Shown piece after piece: positions 1 to 7,932 of a DNA stretch of 64,000 nucleotides. Origin of the DNA: Acidobacteriota bacterium (lineage in GTDB: Bacteria > Acidobacteriota > Vicinamibacteria > Vicinamibacterales > UBA2999); NCBI GenBank assembly GCA_016184455.1, contig JACPCS010000104.1, forward strand, positions 13,608 to 77,607, given 5' to 3'. Below the pieces are notes generated by a model. The model was not told the DNA's origin, made no database searches, and worked only from the letters and a program-made list of their open reading frames with translations. Both the position numbers and the translations under genes were made by a program. Position 1 is the first letter of the stretch, and each line of letters opens with the position of its first letter.

Positions 1-549
1 GCCTCGAACGGCGATCTGTATACCGCGGGCGGATATCAGATTCACCGATTCTCGAAGGACGGCAAGCACCTCGCCGCCATCGGCAAGCCGGGCAACGGCC
101 CGGGCGAGTTCGGGGTGTACGGGCAGGGGCTGGCCGGCGCCGGCATTCACGGCGTGGTCATCGATTCGAACCGGAACCGGATGTACGTCGCCGACCGGGT
201 GAATTCGCGAATTCAAGTGTTCGATCTATCGGGGAAGTTCCTCGATCTGTGGCCGAACATCACGGCGCCCTACGCGATCCGCCTGACGCGGGACGGGCGG
301 TTCCTGTGGGTCGCTGACGGGTACACGATGAAGTTCCAGAAGTACGACGCGCTCAGCGGACGCCTCGTTCCCGGCTCGACGTGGGGAACGATGGGCGTCT
401 CGCCCGGCACGTTCTGGGGCATCCACGTCTTCGTCACCGGCGCCGACGGGAATCTGTATGTGGGCGAGGATCTGGCGTTTCGGATCCAGAAGTTCACGCC
501 GCGCAAGGACGGGAACCCGGAGCAGCTGATCGGACCGCTGCTGGAGTAG
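1..549 (+). CDS. NHL-repeat beta-propeller protein, C-terminal part (5' end lies outside the window)
   Basis: Frame 1 is open from base 1 (ASNGDLYTAGGYQIHRFSKDGKHL...) to the stop at 547-549. It contains NHL-like units (RMYVADRVNSRIQVFDLSGKF, GNLYVGEDLAFRIQKF). It is paralogous to 12839-13951. Confidence 0.75.
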   Translation, partial: ASNGDLYTAGGYQIHRFSKDGKHLAAIGKPGNGPGEFGVYGQGLAGAGIHGVVIDSNRNRMYVADRVNSRIQVFDLSGKFLDLWPNITAPYAIRLTRDGRFLWVADGYTMKFQKYDALSGRLVPGSTWGTMGVSPGTFWGIHVFVTGADGNLYVGEDLAFRIQKFTPRKDGNPEQLIGPLLE

Positions 550-853
550 CGTCAGCGCGCTCGACTCGAGCGTTCGCGCACAGGACACAGAGGGTTCGTG
601 TGTACCCTTCCGGCTCCGCCGCGTCTAGAAGCTGATTCCACGAGCTGCCAATGTGCGCACACGCCAATCGAGCTCGCTCGGCGCATTCCGGATCCGCGAT
701 CCACGCGGAACGAAGACGCGGCGTTGCATCGCTCCGCTCGATTTCAGGCGTGCCATGTCGGCGGGCTCCGCAGGTCGGCGGCTGTCAGGCACGCCCGCGG
801 ACGGCCTGTCGTCCGTCTTGCGACCTGAGCGGCGACGATGGCATCGTCGTCGT

Positions 854-1672
854 ATGGCGTCACAGGCTCCCAAGCTGCTCGACCGCGTGCGCGAGGCGAT
901 TCGTACCCGCCATTACAGCCGGCGGACCGAAGAGGCCTACGTCTACTGGATCCGCCGCTACATCCTCTTCCATCGCAAGACACATCCCTCCCAAATGGGC
1001 GTCACGGAAATCTCGCGGTTTCTGACGTTTCTCGCGGTCGACCAACACGTCAGCGCCTCCACACAGAATCAAGCACTCAGTGCGCTGCTGTTTCTCTATA
1101 AACACGTGTTGGCGATGTCCATCGGCGACATTCCACCGGTTGTGCGGGCGCGTACGCCGGAACGGTTGCCGGTAGTGCTCAACCGAGACGAGGTCGGCGC
1201 GCTCCTCAAGCAGCTCACCGGCACGGAGCGGCTGGTGGTGATGCTGCTCTACGGCGCCGGGCTCCGTCTCGAAGAATGTCTCGAGCTTCGGGTCAAGGAT
1301 CTCGACTTCGATCGCCAGCAGATCGTCGTGCGGCAAGGGAAGGGCCGGAAGGATCGGGTGACGATGCTGCCGGCGGCGGCGAGGGAGGCGCTGAACGCGC
1401 ACCTGGCGCGGGTGCGTCAGATGCATGAAGTCGATGTGGCGCGAGGGTTAGGGCGGGTCGTCCTGCCCTTCGCGGTGGCTCGGAAGTATTCGAATGCGGC
1501 CACTGAGTGGCGGTGGCAATTCGTGTTTCCGGCAGCGCGCATCTGTCGGGATCCGCGATGGGGTGCGCCGTCGCGGTATCGCCTGCACGAGTCGGTGATC
1601 CAGAAGGCCGTGGCCGGCGCAGCGCGGCAGGTCGGCCTCACGAAACGGGTTGGCCCACACACGATGCGTCAC
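854..1672 (+). pseudogene. intI: Integron integrase IntI, 3'-truncated by RIT insertion
   Basis: Starts MASQAPKLLDRVREAIRTRHYSRRTEEAYVYWIRRYILFH. The IntI hallmark extra domain is present (LPFAVARKYSNAATEWRWQFVFPAARICRDPRWGAPSRYRLHES). Homology stops at GPHTMRH (Box II). The Box II tail and the catalytic Tyr are missing. The 653-2017 ORF reads through into the RIT end. Confidence 0.85.
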
Positions 1673-1696
1673 TATGCCGCGTCCCGGACTATGCCG
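1667..1696. repeat. RIT-2 terminal repeat CGTCACTATGCCGCGTCCCGGACTATGCCG
   Basis: 25/30 identical to the RIT-1 IR (2998-3027). Its inner 12-mer CGGACTATGCCG (1685-1696) has a perfect inverted copy CGGCATAGTCCG at 1768-1779, just downstream of the ritC stop. This is the same architecture as RIT-1. Confidence 0.7.
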
Positions 1697-1783
1697 CGTC
1701 GTCGCGGGAGAATTAGACCCGGACCACGTGATGGTGGTGATTTCGGAATGGCGCTGGATCAAGGACTCGGCATAGTCCGAGGC

Positions 1784-2785
1784 TTACAACGCCTGCAGGA
1801 ACGCCAGCAGGCGATCATCGGGCCGGTAACGACCCGGCGACACGGCGTTCGCCGGAGTGGTCTTGGCCAACGCCTGTTCTTTGAGCACGAGGTCGGCGTC
1901 GAGGTACATCTGCGTGGTGTCGATGGATTCGTGCCCCAGCCAGAGTGCGATGACGGATCGATCCACTCCCGCTTGCAGCAGTTCCATCGCCGCCGAATGT
2001 CGCAGGACATGCGGTGAAACCTGCTTCTGCGTGAGCGACGGACAGTGCCGTTGGGCCGTGGCGACGTGTTTCCTCACCAGATACTGCACGCCGTCCGCAC
2101 TGAGCTGGCGTCCTCGCACGTTGGGAAACACCATGTCGCCGCTGCCGCGCCCGGGCTCCTGCAACCACGTCTTGAGCGCCTGCACGGCCTGCTTGGTGAG
2201 CGGGGTGCATCGCTCCTTGCGCCCTTTGCCGACGCAGCGGACATGCGCGCCGGTGCCCAGGGCGACATCCTCGCGACGGAGACTGGTCATCTCCGACAGT
2301 CGCAAGCCCGTTTGCACCGCGACCAGGAGGAAGACGTGGTCGCGCCGGCCCATCCACGTGTGTCGGTCAGGTGCCGCCAACACGGCGTTGATTTCCGGTT
2401 TCGTCAGGAAGCCCACCAGCTTCTTCTCGTACCGCTTACTCGGCATCGCCAGCACGCGTTGGATGAGCCCAGACTGGGCGGGGTCTTCGAACGCCGCGTA
2501 GCGGAAGAATGACCGGATGGCGGTCAGACGCAGATTGCGGCTTCGGGCGCTATTGCCACGGCGTGTCTCTAGCCCGTCGAGGAAGGCGCCGATCAACGCG
2601 GGATCGAGATCCGCGAGCGCCAGCGCGGACGGCGATTTGTGCAGCCGCTGGCCGGCAAACTGCAGCAGCAAACGAAACGTGTCCCGGTAGGACGCGATGG
2701 TATGCGGACTGGCTTGGCGCTGCGCCGTCAGCCGTTGCGTAAAGAACCGCTCCAACAAGGTCGAGAAGCTGAGGTCAGTCTTCAT
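1784..2785 (-). CDS. ritC: Tyrosine recombinase RitC (RIT element 2)
   Basis: 333 aa, colinear with ritC-1 (MKTDLSFSTLLERFFTQRLTAQRQASPHTIASYRDTF vs MIAASFQSLLQGFFTDRLLRQRQASPHTIAGYRDTF). Catalytic blocks are present: GLRLSE, GKGRKER, HVLRHS, LGHESIDTTQMY. It overlaps the ritB-2 stop by 11 nt. Confidence 0.85.
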   Translation of the reverse strand: MKTDLSFSTLLERFFTQRLTAQRQASPHTIASYRDTFRLLLQFAGQRLHKSPSALALADLDPALIGAFLDGLETRRGNSARSRNLRLTAIRSFFRYAAFEDPAQSGLIQRVLAMPSKRYEKKLVGFLTKPEINAVLAAPDRHTWMGRRDHVFLLVAVQTGLRLSEMTSLRREDVALGTGAHVRCVGKGRKERCTPLTKQAVQALKTWLQEPGRGSGDMVFPNVRGRQLSADGVQYLVRKHVATAQRHCPSLTQKQVSPHVLRHSAAMELLQAGVDRSVIALWLGHESIDTTQMYLDADLVLKEQALAKTTPANAVSPGRYRPDDRLLAFLQAL

Positions 2786-2975
2786 GTGTGAGCCCCCATC
2801 GTCGTTCCAGCCGGCTGGTGGCCAGTCGCATCAGCTCCGGATGCATCGACAAATACCAGTAGGTATCGGCGACATGCGCATGGCCGAGAAAGGTGGACAA
2901 CACGGGCAATCGCCGTTCGATGTCCTCATGGGCGCGATACCACTGAATCAGTGTGTTGACGGCGAATCGATGCCG
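2775..2975 (-). pseudogene. ritB: ritB (RIT element 2), C-terminal fragment
   Basis: Encodes RHRFAVNTLIQWYRAHEDIERRLPVLSTFLGHAHVADTYWYLSMHPELMRLATSRLE, which matches the ritB-1 C-terminus (RHRFAAQTLIAWYRAGVDVERELPKLSTYLGHVHTADTYWYLEAIPELL). Confidence 0.8.
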
Positions 2976-2976
2976 C

Positions 2977-2996
2977 TTATGCCGGATCCGGCATAA
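2977..2996. repeat. Perfect 20-bp palindrome TTATGCCGGATCCGGCATAA at the ritC-side junction of RIT-1
   Basis: Self-complementary on direct reading. It consists of two inverted copies of the TTATGCCGG sub-motif found in the RIT ends. Confidence 0.9.
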
Positions 2997-2997
2997 T

Positions 2998-3027
2998 CGG
3001 CAGCATGCCGGGTCCCGGATTATGCCG
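2998..3027. repeat. RIT-1 inverted repeat (ritC side) CGGCAGCATGCCGGGTCCCGGATTATGCCG
   Basis: Its exact reverse complement is at 5947-5976. A further CCGGCATAAT copy lies at 3089-3098, overlapping the ritC stop. Confidence 0.9.
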
Positions 3028-3097
3028 CGGGTTGCCATGTTGCTTGAGAGAAATCCCGATGGATCCCGTGAATGCGATGGCTGTCGACCCGGCATAA

Positions 3098-4093
3098 TCA
3101 CAAGCTCTCCAAGAAGCGCAGCAGCTGGTCCTCGGGCCGATAGCGAGAGGGTTTAACGCCGAGCGGCTCCACGCGTGACAGCGCCTGCTCCTTCAAGCGC
3201 AGGTCCGCGTGCAGATACATCTGGGTCGTTTCGACGGACTCATGGCCCAGCCAGAGCGCGATCACGGATTGGTCGACTCCATGGGCACGCAGCCTCATCG
3301 CGGACGAATGTCGAAGCACATGAGGACTGACCGTCTTCTGTTTCAAGGAGGGACAGGCGTGTTGGGCGCGCTCTGCGTGACGGGCGACGAGTTCTTCGAC
3401 CGCATCGCGACTGAGCGGCCGACCGCGAATGCTGAGAAACACGCGCTCACTCTGCGCCGGCAGATCCTGTCGCAGCCAGGTCTGCAGAACGGCGGCCGTG
3501 TCGCAGCCGAGCGGAGTGCAACGCTGTTTCCGCCCCTTGCCCTCGCACCGCACGTGTGCGCCAGTGCCCAGGACCACGTCCTCGCGCCGGAGGCCGATCA
3601 ATTCCGAGACGCGCAGACCCGTCTGGAACGCGACGGCCAGGAGGGTTCGGTCGCGCCGGCCGATCCACGTCGACCGATCGGGAGCGGCGAGGACGGCGGT
3701 GATCTCCGCGTCGTCGAGAAACGCGATGGGTTTGCGCTGGTGGCGTTTGCTGGGCATGGCGAGGACCTGTTGGCACAGCAAGGCGTGCGCCGGTTCGGCG
3801 AGCGCGACATACCGAAAGAACGAGTGAATCGCGGCCAGACGCGCATTGCGGGTCCGACTGGTGTTGCCGCGCCGCTGCTCCAGATGCTCGAGAAACCTCC
3901 CGACGAACGCGGGCGCGAAATCCTCCGTTTTCAACAGGAAGGGGGCCTTGCCCAGCTGGTCGGCGGCGAAGCGCAGGAGCAGCCGAAAGGTATCGCGATA
4001 GCCGGCGATTGTATGCGGGCTCGCCTGCCGCTGTCGGAGTAAGCGGTCGGTGAAGAAGCCCTGCAAGAGCGATTGAAAACTCGCGGCGATCAT
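3098..4093 (-). CDS. ritC: Tyrosine recombinase RitC (RIT element 1)
   Basis: 331 aa from ATG 4093, in an ATGA overlap with the ritB stop. Catalytic blocks are present: GLRVSE, GKGRKQR, HVLRHS, LGHESVETTQMY. The longer 3098-4390 ORF is an upstream run-on. Confidence 0.85.
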   Translation of the reverse strand: MIAASFQSLLQGFFTDRLLRQRQASPHTIAGYRDTFRLLLRFAADQLGKAPFLLKTEDFAPAFVGRFLEHLEQRRGNTSRTRNARLAAIHSFFRYVALAEPAHALLCQQVLAMPSKRHQRKPIAFLDDAEITAVLAAPDRSTWIGRRDRTLLAVAFQTGLRVSELIGLRREDVVLGTGAHVRCEGKGRKQRCTPLGCDTAAVLQTWLRQDLPAQSERVFLSIRGRPLSRDAVEELVARHAERAQHACPSLKQKTVSPHVLRHSSAMRLRAHGVDQSVIALWLGHESVETTQMYLHADLRLKEQALSRVEPLGVKPSRYRPEDQLLRFLESL

Positions 4094-5037
4094 GGCGTGA
4101 CCTCCGGTGGGGTCGGCGTCAGGCGCTCCGCCGCGAGCTGCAGCAGCTCGGGAATCGCTTCGAGATACCAGTATGTGTCGGCGGTGTGTACGTGCCCGAG
4201 ATACGTCGACAGTTTTGGGAGCTCGCGCTCCACATCGACGCCGGCCCGGTACCACGCGATCAAGGTCTGAGCCGCGAATCGATGCCGTAGGTCCTGAATG
4301 CGTGGCCCGCGCCCGTGGCGGCCCCCGCTGGTCGGTGGCCGCAACCCGACCGTGCGGGAGACGACCGCGAAGGTGTACCGCGTGATCCATTCCGTGATAC
4401 GAGTGCGTCGTTCCGACACGAAGAAGGCCGGGGTCACCGGCCGGGGCACCATCTGATCTCTCGCCTCGCCGTACGCCCGCAACGCCTCCTGCGTCGTGGG
4501 GTGGATCGGGACCAGTCGAGACTTCCCGAATTTCGTCCGCCGAATCAGGAGCACGCCCGCTTCAAGGTCGACATCCGATCGATCGAGATGGAGCGCTTCG
4601 TTGATCCGCAGGCCGGTCACCGCCAGGAGTCCAAACAGCGTGGCATAGGTACGCCCCCGGAGTTTCTTGACGGACGGGAGGGCGGCGGCGCTCTGGATCA
4701 GGCGGACGACGTCCTGATCGCGATAGAGCCGTGGCGGTTTCCGACGGTACCGCTGACCGACCAAGTCCGCGGGCGGCACCTCGGTGCGCGGATCAGATGC
4801 GCGGCGCCACACGGCGAAGCGGCGCGCGATGCTCAAGCGCCCGGCCCACGTGCTGGGCTGAGCGTCGGTGGGTTGAAGCGCCCATTGGCGTGCCAGATCG
4901 ATGGTGATGAACGGACTGCCCACCTGATCCACATACGCCACGAAGGTTCGGAGGAGACTCGCCGGCAGGCGGTCGACAAACGCCAGGGCGCGGCGCATGG
5001 CGAGGTACTGGGTGAGGGCGTCGGAGAGGTCGCTCAT
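4090..5037 (-). CDS. ritB: Tyrosine recombinase RitB (RIT element 1)
   Basis: 315 aa from ATG 5037, in an ATGA overlap with the ritA stop. Catalytic blocks are present: TGLRINE, KFGKSRLVP, DLRHRF, LGHVHTADTYWY. Confidence 0.85.
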   Translation of the reverse strand: MSDLSDALTQYLAMRRALAFVDRLPASLLRTFVAYVDQVGSPFITIDLARQWALQPTDAQPSTWAGRLSIARRFAVWRRASDPRTEVPPADLVGQRYRRKPPRLYRDQDVVRLIQSAAALPSVKKLRGRTYATLFGLLAVTGLRINEALHLDRSDVDLEAGVLLIRRTKFGKSRLVPIHPTTQEALRAYGEARDQMVPRPVTPAFFVSERRTRITEWITRYTFAVVSRTVGLRPPTSGGRHGRGPRIQDLRHRFAAQTLIAWYRAGVDVERELPKLSTYLGHVHTADTYWYLEAIPELLQLAAERLTPTPPEVTP

Positions 5038-5830
5038 TGCGCACCTCCCATCAGGGGCCACGGTTGGGCGAGCGCGCGCAATCCCGCGAGATCCACCTTG
5101 GCGTAAATCTCCGTGGTCTGCACGGCACGATGCCGCAGCACGAGGCCGATCTCCGGCAGCGAGGCACCCTGACGCAGCATGCGGGTCGCGAGACTGTGTC
5201 GGAGCAGGTGGGCGCCTTTGAGCGAGGGCGACAGGCCGGCCCGCGCCAGCGCCCGTCGCACGATCGTGCTCACTGTGCTCGGATGGCCGGGACTCATCGT
5301 GTGCGCATGACGGATCACAAACGTCGTGATCGTCGACACGTCGAGCGCTCGCAAATCCAGCGGGCCGTCGCCGAACCGATCGGTGAGAAACCACCGCAAC
5401 ACCTCGCTATAGTTCGTCACCGTGGATGGTGCGAGGCCCCGCTCGGCCCTCAGGTGCTGCTCGTAGTGTCGCTGCAGCTGGCTCAAGGGAGATTCGTCGA
5501 TGCTCGGTGCGGGTGAAGCGACCACACCTCGCGCTCGGAGATGGGTGAGAAATTGATGGAGCGTCGCCGCATGGCCCCGGTGCAACCGTCCGCGGCGCTT
5601 GCGGTCGTTGACAAACGTGCCGACCAACTCGTCATTCAGCTCGTGAATGCCGCATCCACGACGAGTCAGCCACTGGCTGAAGTGCCCGAGCAGGGTGAGC
5701 TGTCACGAATCGTCGTGGCGGCGTACTCGCACTGGGCGAGATGCGTCGCGAACGAGTCGAGCTGCGAGCCGATGCCCCCTGATCGCAGCCACCGAACCGT
5801 GTCGCGATTCTCGATGAAGTGATCCAGCAT
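5034..5830 (-). pseudogene. ritA: ritA (RIT element 1): frameshifted and internally deleted
   Basis: ATG at 5830 is preceded by GGAGGAG. The product starts MLDHFIENRDTVRWLRSGGIGSQLDSFATHLAQCEYAATTIRD. The frame then shifts near 5705 to QLTLLGHFSQWLTRRGC... The span length is not a multiple of 3. After the N-terminal domain the sequence jumps from HTMSPG straight to STIVRRALARAGL..HLLRHS..EIYAKV, so the Arg-I and Lys blocks are missing. Confidence 0.7.
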
Positions 5831-5946
5831 GTCTCCTCCGTTCCCGGCCAAAGAGCCGTGCGGAAGAAGACAGCCGGATTATGCCGACTTGGCAAGGACC
5901 AACTCTGACCGTACAGGCACGGAAGAGCCATCTCCCACGCTGAACC

Positions 5947-5976
5947 CGGCATAATCCGGGACCCGGCATGCTGCCG
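5947..5976. repeat. RIT-1 inverted repeat (ritA side)
   Basis: CGGCATAATCCGGGACCCGGCATGCTGCCG is the exact reverse complement of 2998-3027. A subterminal CCGGATTATGCCG copy lies at 5874-5886. Confidence 0.9.
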
Positions 5977-6590
5977 AAAATCATGAATCCGCGGACCCGT
6001 GTGGTCGGTTGGGCCCCGCAAACCAGTCCGACGCGACAGGTCGTAGAACGTCCGGTGCACGGCGGAGATCTCCAGACGTCGCCCACGATCGGTGAGGAGA
6101 AAGGCCGGTGAGGTGGGATGCGGCACCACGCGGTCCCGCCGTCCGGCATACGCGATGAAGACCTCCTGCGTGGAGGCATGGAGCGGAATCAGTCGCATCT
6201 TGTTGAATTTGGTCTTGCGGATCGTGAGCAGCCCGTCGTGGAGATTCACATCGTGTCGGTCCAAGCTGATCGCCTCGCTAATACGGATCCCACTCACCAC
6301 GAGCAATCCGAAGAGGCAGTGGTACGTCCACGGGCGAAGGCCGTTGGTGGACGACAGCGCGTTCGTGGCCGCAAGCAATTGGCGAATCTCCTCGTCGGTG
6401 TAGAGATACGGGCGGGCGCGTCGCGCGCGAAACGGGAGCAGACCGGCCGCTGGAATTTCGGTGCGCGGATCGGTCGCGCTCCAATGGCGCGCGAACACAC
6501 GAACGAACCCGAGGCGTTGCGCCCAATCGCTGGGTTGGTGATCCACCGGCTGCATCGCCCAAGGTGCGAGACTACCTAGTGTCACGGGAG
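5977..6590 (-). pseudogene. ritB: ritB (RIT element 2), central/N-terminal fragment; its 5' end is deleted
   Basis: VTLGSLAPWAMQPVDHQPSDWAQRLGFVRVFARHW...SGIRISE...KFNKMRLIP...GPRIHDF is colinear with ritB-1 residues ~45-255. About the first 40 codons are absent. The 5632-6672 ORF is a chimeric read-through. Confidence 0.75.
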
Positions 6591-6857
6591 CACCCCGTCG
6601 GAAGCGCCAAGGCGCGGTTCTTCGCACAGCTCGGGTTCGACCAGCGAAACTGGATGGTCTTGCGAGACGCACTGCACGGCTTCGCTAGCCAGGACGCCCA
6701 GCTCGGCCCTGCGACTCGATTTGGACAGAAATACCTGGCGCACGCTACGATCACAGGACCGTCTGGACGAGCCGCCCGCATGGTGGTCGTCTGGATCATC
6801 CTCCACGGTGAAGACTTTCCGCGGTTCGTCACGGCGTATCCGGGAGCGACTGCATGA
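6564..6857 (+). CDS. DUF6883-like protein (cassette 1), probably 5'-truncated
   Basis: (V)RDYLVSREHPVGSAKARFFAQLGFDQRNW...GQKYLAHATITGPSGRAARMVVVWI...PRFVTAYP fits the DUF6883 pattern. The usual ~15 N-terminal residues are absent. It starts at a GTG directly at the RIT-2 deletion junction. Confidence 0.6.
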   Translation: MRDYLVSREHPVGSAKARFFAQLGFDQRNWMVLRDALHGFASQDAQLGPATRFGQKYLAHATITGPSGRAARMVVVWIILHGEDFPRFVTAYPGATA

Positions 6858-7102
6858 CGACGACCTTCCGAGAACTCGACACGGTCGTGCTCGTCCGGGA
6901 CCTGCCGGAGGCTGGACTTCGGAGCGGCGACCTTGGGGCCGTCGTCCAGGTGTATGGGGACGAGGCGCTCGAAGTCGAGTTCGTCACGGCATCCGGGCGT
7001 ACGCAGGCTCTCTTGACTCTGCCGATGGGCGACGTGCGGCCGGTACGCGACGACGACCTGCTTGCTGTCCGGACTTCCCCGCCCGTGCGAGGTGCGGCAT
7101 AA
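6854..7102 (+). CDS. DUF4926 domain protein (cassette 1)
   Basis: FRELDTVVLVRDLPEAGLRSGDLGAVVQVYGDEALEVEFVTASGRT matches the DUF4926 pattern. It has an ATGA overlap with the upstream gene. Its stop codon lies inside the R'' box of attC-1. Confidence 0.7.
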   Translation: MTTTFRELDTVVLVRDLPEAGLRSGDLGAVVQVYGDEALEVEFVTASGRTQALLTLPMGDVRPVRDDDLLAVRTSPPVRGAA

Positions 7103-7180
7103 CATCGGCTTGGAGCCGACGCGCCTGCCGTCCTGTACGATCATGTCACCGCGGCACGCGGCTCAAGCCGCACGTTGGGC
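7097..7180 (+). repeat. attC-1
   Basis: R''-like GCATAAC at 7097-7103. L'' TTGGAGCCGACGCGCC pairs imperfectly with L' GGCACGCGGCTCAAGCC. R' GTTGGGC at 7174-7180. Confidence 0.75.
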
Positions 7181-7342
7181 CGACACGAAGCACGACCGCA
7201 CGACCAAAACGATCAGGCCGAAGCCGCGATTGAAAGCCCGTTGCGGTACTGAGGCGGGCGTGCACACGGGCGCCAGACCTGCGGTGCTGCGGCGGCCGCG
7301 ATTGACCGGCTTCATCGGAAGCGACGTGTTATCCTGCACTTC

Positions 7343-7564
7343 ATGCGGCCGGTTGATGCCTTCTACGAGAATGGCCTGCTTCGGCCAGTGTCGGAGTTGC
7401 CGCTCCGGTCGGGCGAGCGTGTTCGCGTCATCGTCGTCCGAAGGGCGGACGCCAGCCGGTGGGATTCCGCGAAGCTCGCGGCCCATCCCGACGACGATCT
7501 CGCTCTGGCGGAAGCCGGTCTCGACGAGTGGGCGGCCGCCCTTGAGCGAGAGGACCGGGGGTGA
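7343..7564 (+). CDS. DUF104-family antitoxin (cassette 2)
   Basis: MRPVDAFYENGLLRPVSELPLRSGERVRVIV is the typical DUF104 / AF2212-like N-terminus. It has a GTGA overlap with the downstream MazF gene. Confidence 0.7.
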   Translation: MRPVDAFYENGLLRPVSELPLRSGERVRVIVVRRADASRWDSAKLAAHPDDDLALAEAGLDEWAAALEREDRG

Positions 7565-7920
7565 AGCGTGGCGAAATCTGGTGGGCCGATCTTGGGCCCT
7601 ACCGTATCGGCGAACAGACCGGTCGGCGTCCGGTCATCGTCTGGCAAAGCGACACGCTGACCAGGCTACTCCAATCAGTCCTGGTTGTTCCCCTCACTAC
7701 GAATCTGGATCGGGCGAAGCTCGCAGGCACCGCCCTCGTCTCCGCTTCCGACGGCGGTCTGACCTCAGAGTCCGTGGCCATGGCGTTTCAGATGCGCGCG
7801 ATCCCCAAGGAACGCCTCAAGACGCGGATTCGTTCACTGTCGGCCGACGAACTCGCCGAATTGGAACTGGCGACTGACGAAGCGGTCGGCCGAGTCGAAC
7901 CGGAAACCGAGCTGGACTAG
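7561..7920 (+). CDS. mazF: MazF/PemK-family type II toxin endoribonuclease (cassette 2)
   Basis: KRGEIWWADLGPYRIGEQTGRRPVIVWQSD...VLVVPLTTN...SVAMAFQMRAIPKERL matches the MazF/PemK signature. Confidence 0.8.
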   Translation: MKRGEIWWADLGPYRIGEQTGRRPVIVWQSDTLTRLLQSVLVVPLTTNLDRAKLAGTALVSASDGGLTSESVAMAFQMRAIPKERLKTRIRSLSADELAELELATDEAVGRVEPETELD

Positions 7921-7932
7921 CGGCGACGGACG

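Larger units (their letters stand above)
2976..5976 (-). mobile_element. RIT element 1 (recombinase in trio), complete ends, 3001 bp
   Basis: Perfect 30-bp inverted repeats at 2998-3027 and 5947-5976. Three head-to-tail recombinase genes have ATGA overlaps. Removing exactly this span restores ritB-2 in frame. CGGCA is present at both junctions. Confidence 0.85.
1667..6590 (-). mobile_element. RIT element 2 (remnant): terminal IR, ritC, and ritB split by RIT element 1; ritA, the 5' end of ritB and the outer end are deleted
   Basis: A 30-bp end at 1667-1696 matches the RIT-1 IR at 25/30 positions. ritC is intact. The two ritB halves (2775-2975 and 5977-~6590) rejoin in frame when 2976-5976 is removed. 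Homology ends abruptly near 6565-6595. Confidence 0.75.

Noticed and set aside
653-2017. 454-aa ORF that looks like a full-length integrase
   Set aside because: Only residues 68-340 are IntI. The upstream part is a run-on before the real ATG at 854. Everything after HTMRH reads through the RIT-2 terminal repeat and antisense to ritC, with no Box II tail or catalytic Tyr.
5632-6672. 346-aa ORF that looks like an intact gene
   Set aside because: It is a chimera. Its middle is ritB-2. Its C-terminus reads into the RIT-1 inverted repeat and the ritA region. Its N-terminus is run-on sequence antisense to the DUF6883 gene.
7302-7335. TTGACC ... TATCCT considered as a promoter for the DUF104/MazF cassette
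   Set aside because: The spacing between the best hexamers is 19-22 nt, outside the usual 16-18 nt. It is not convincing enough to call.
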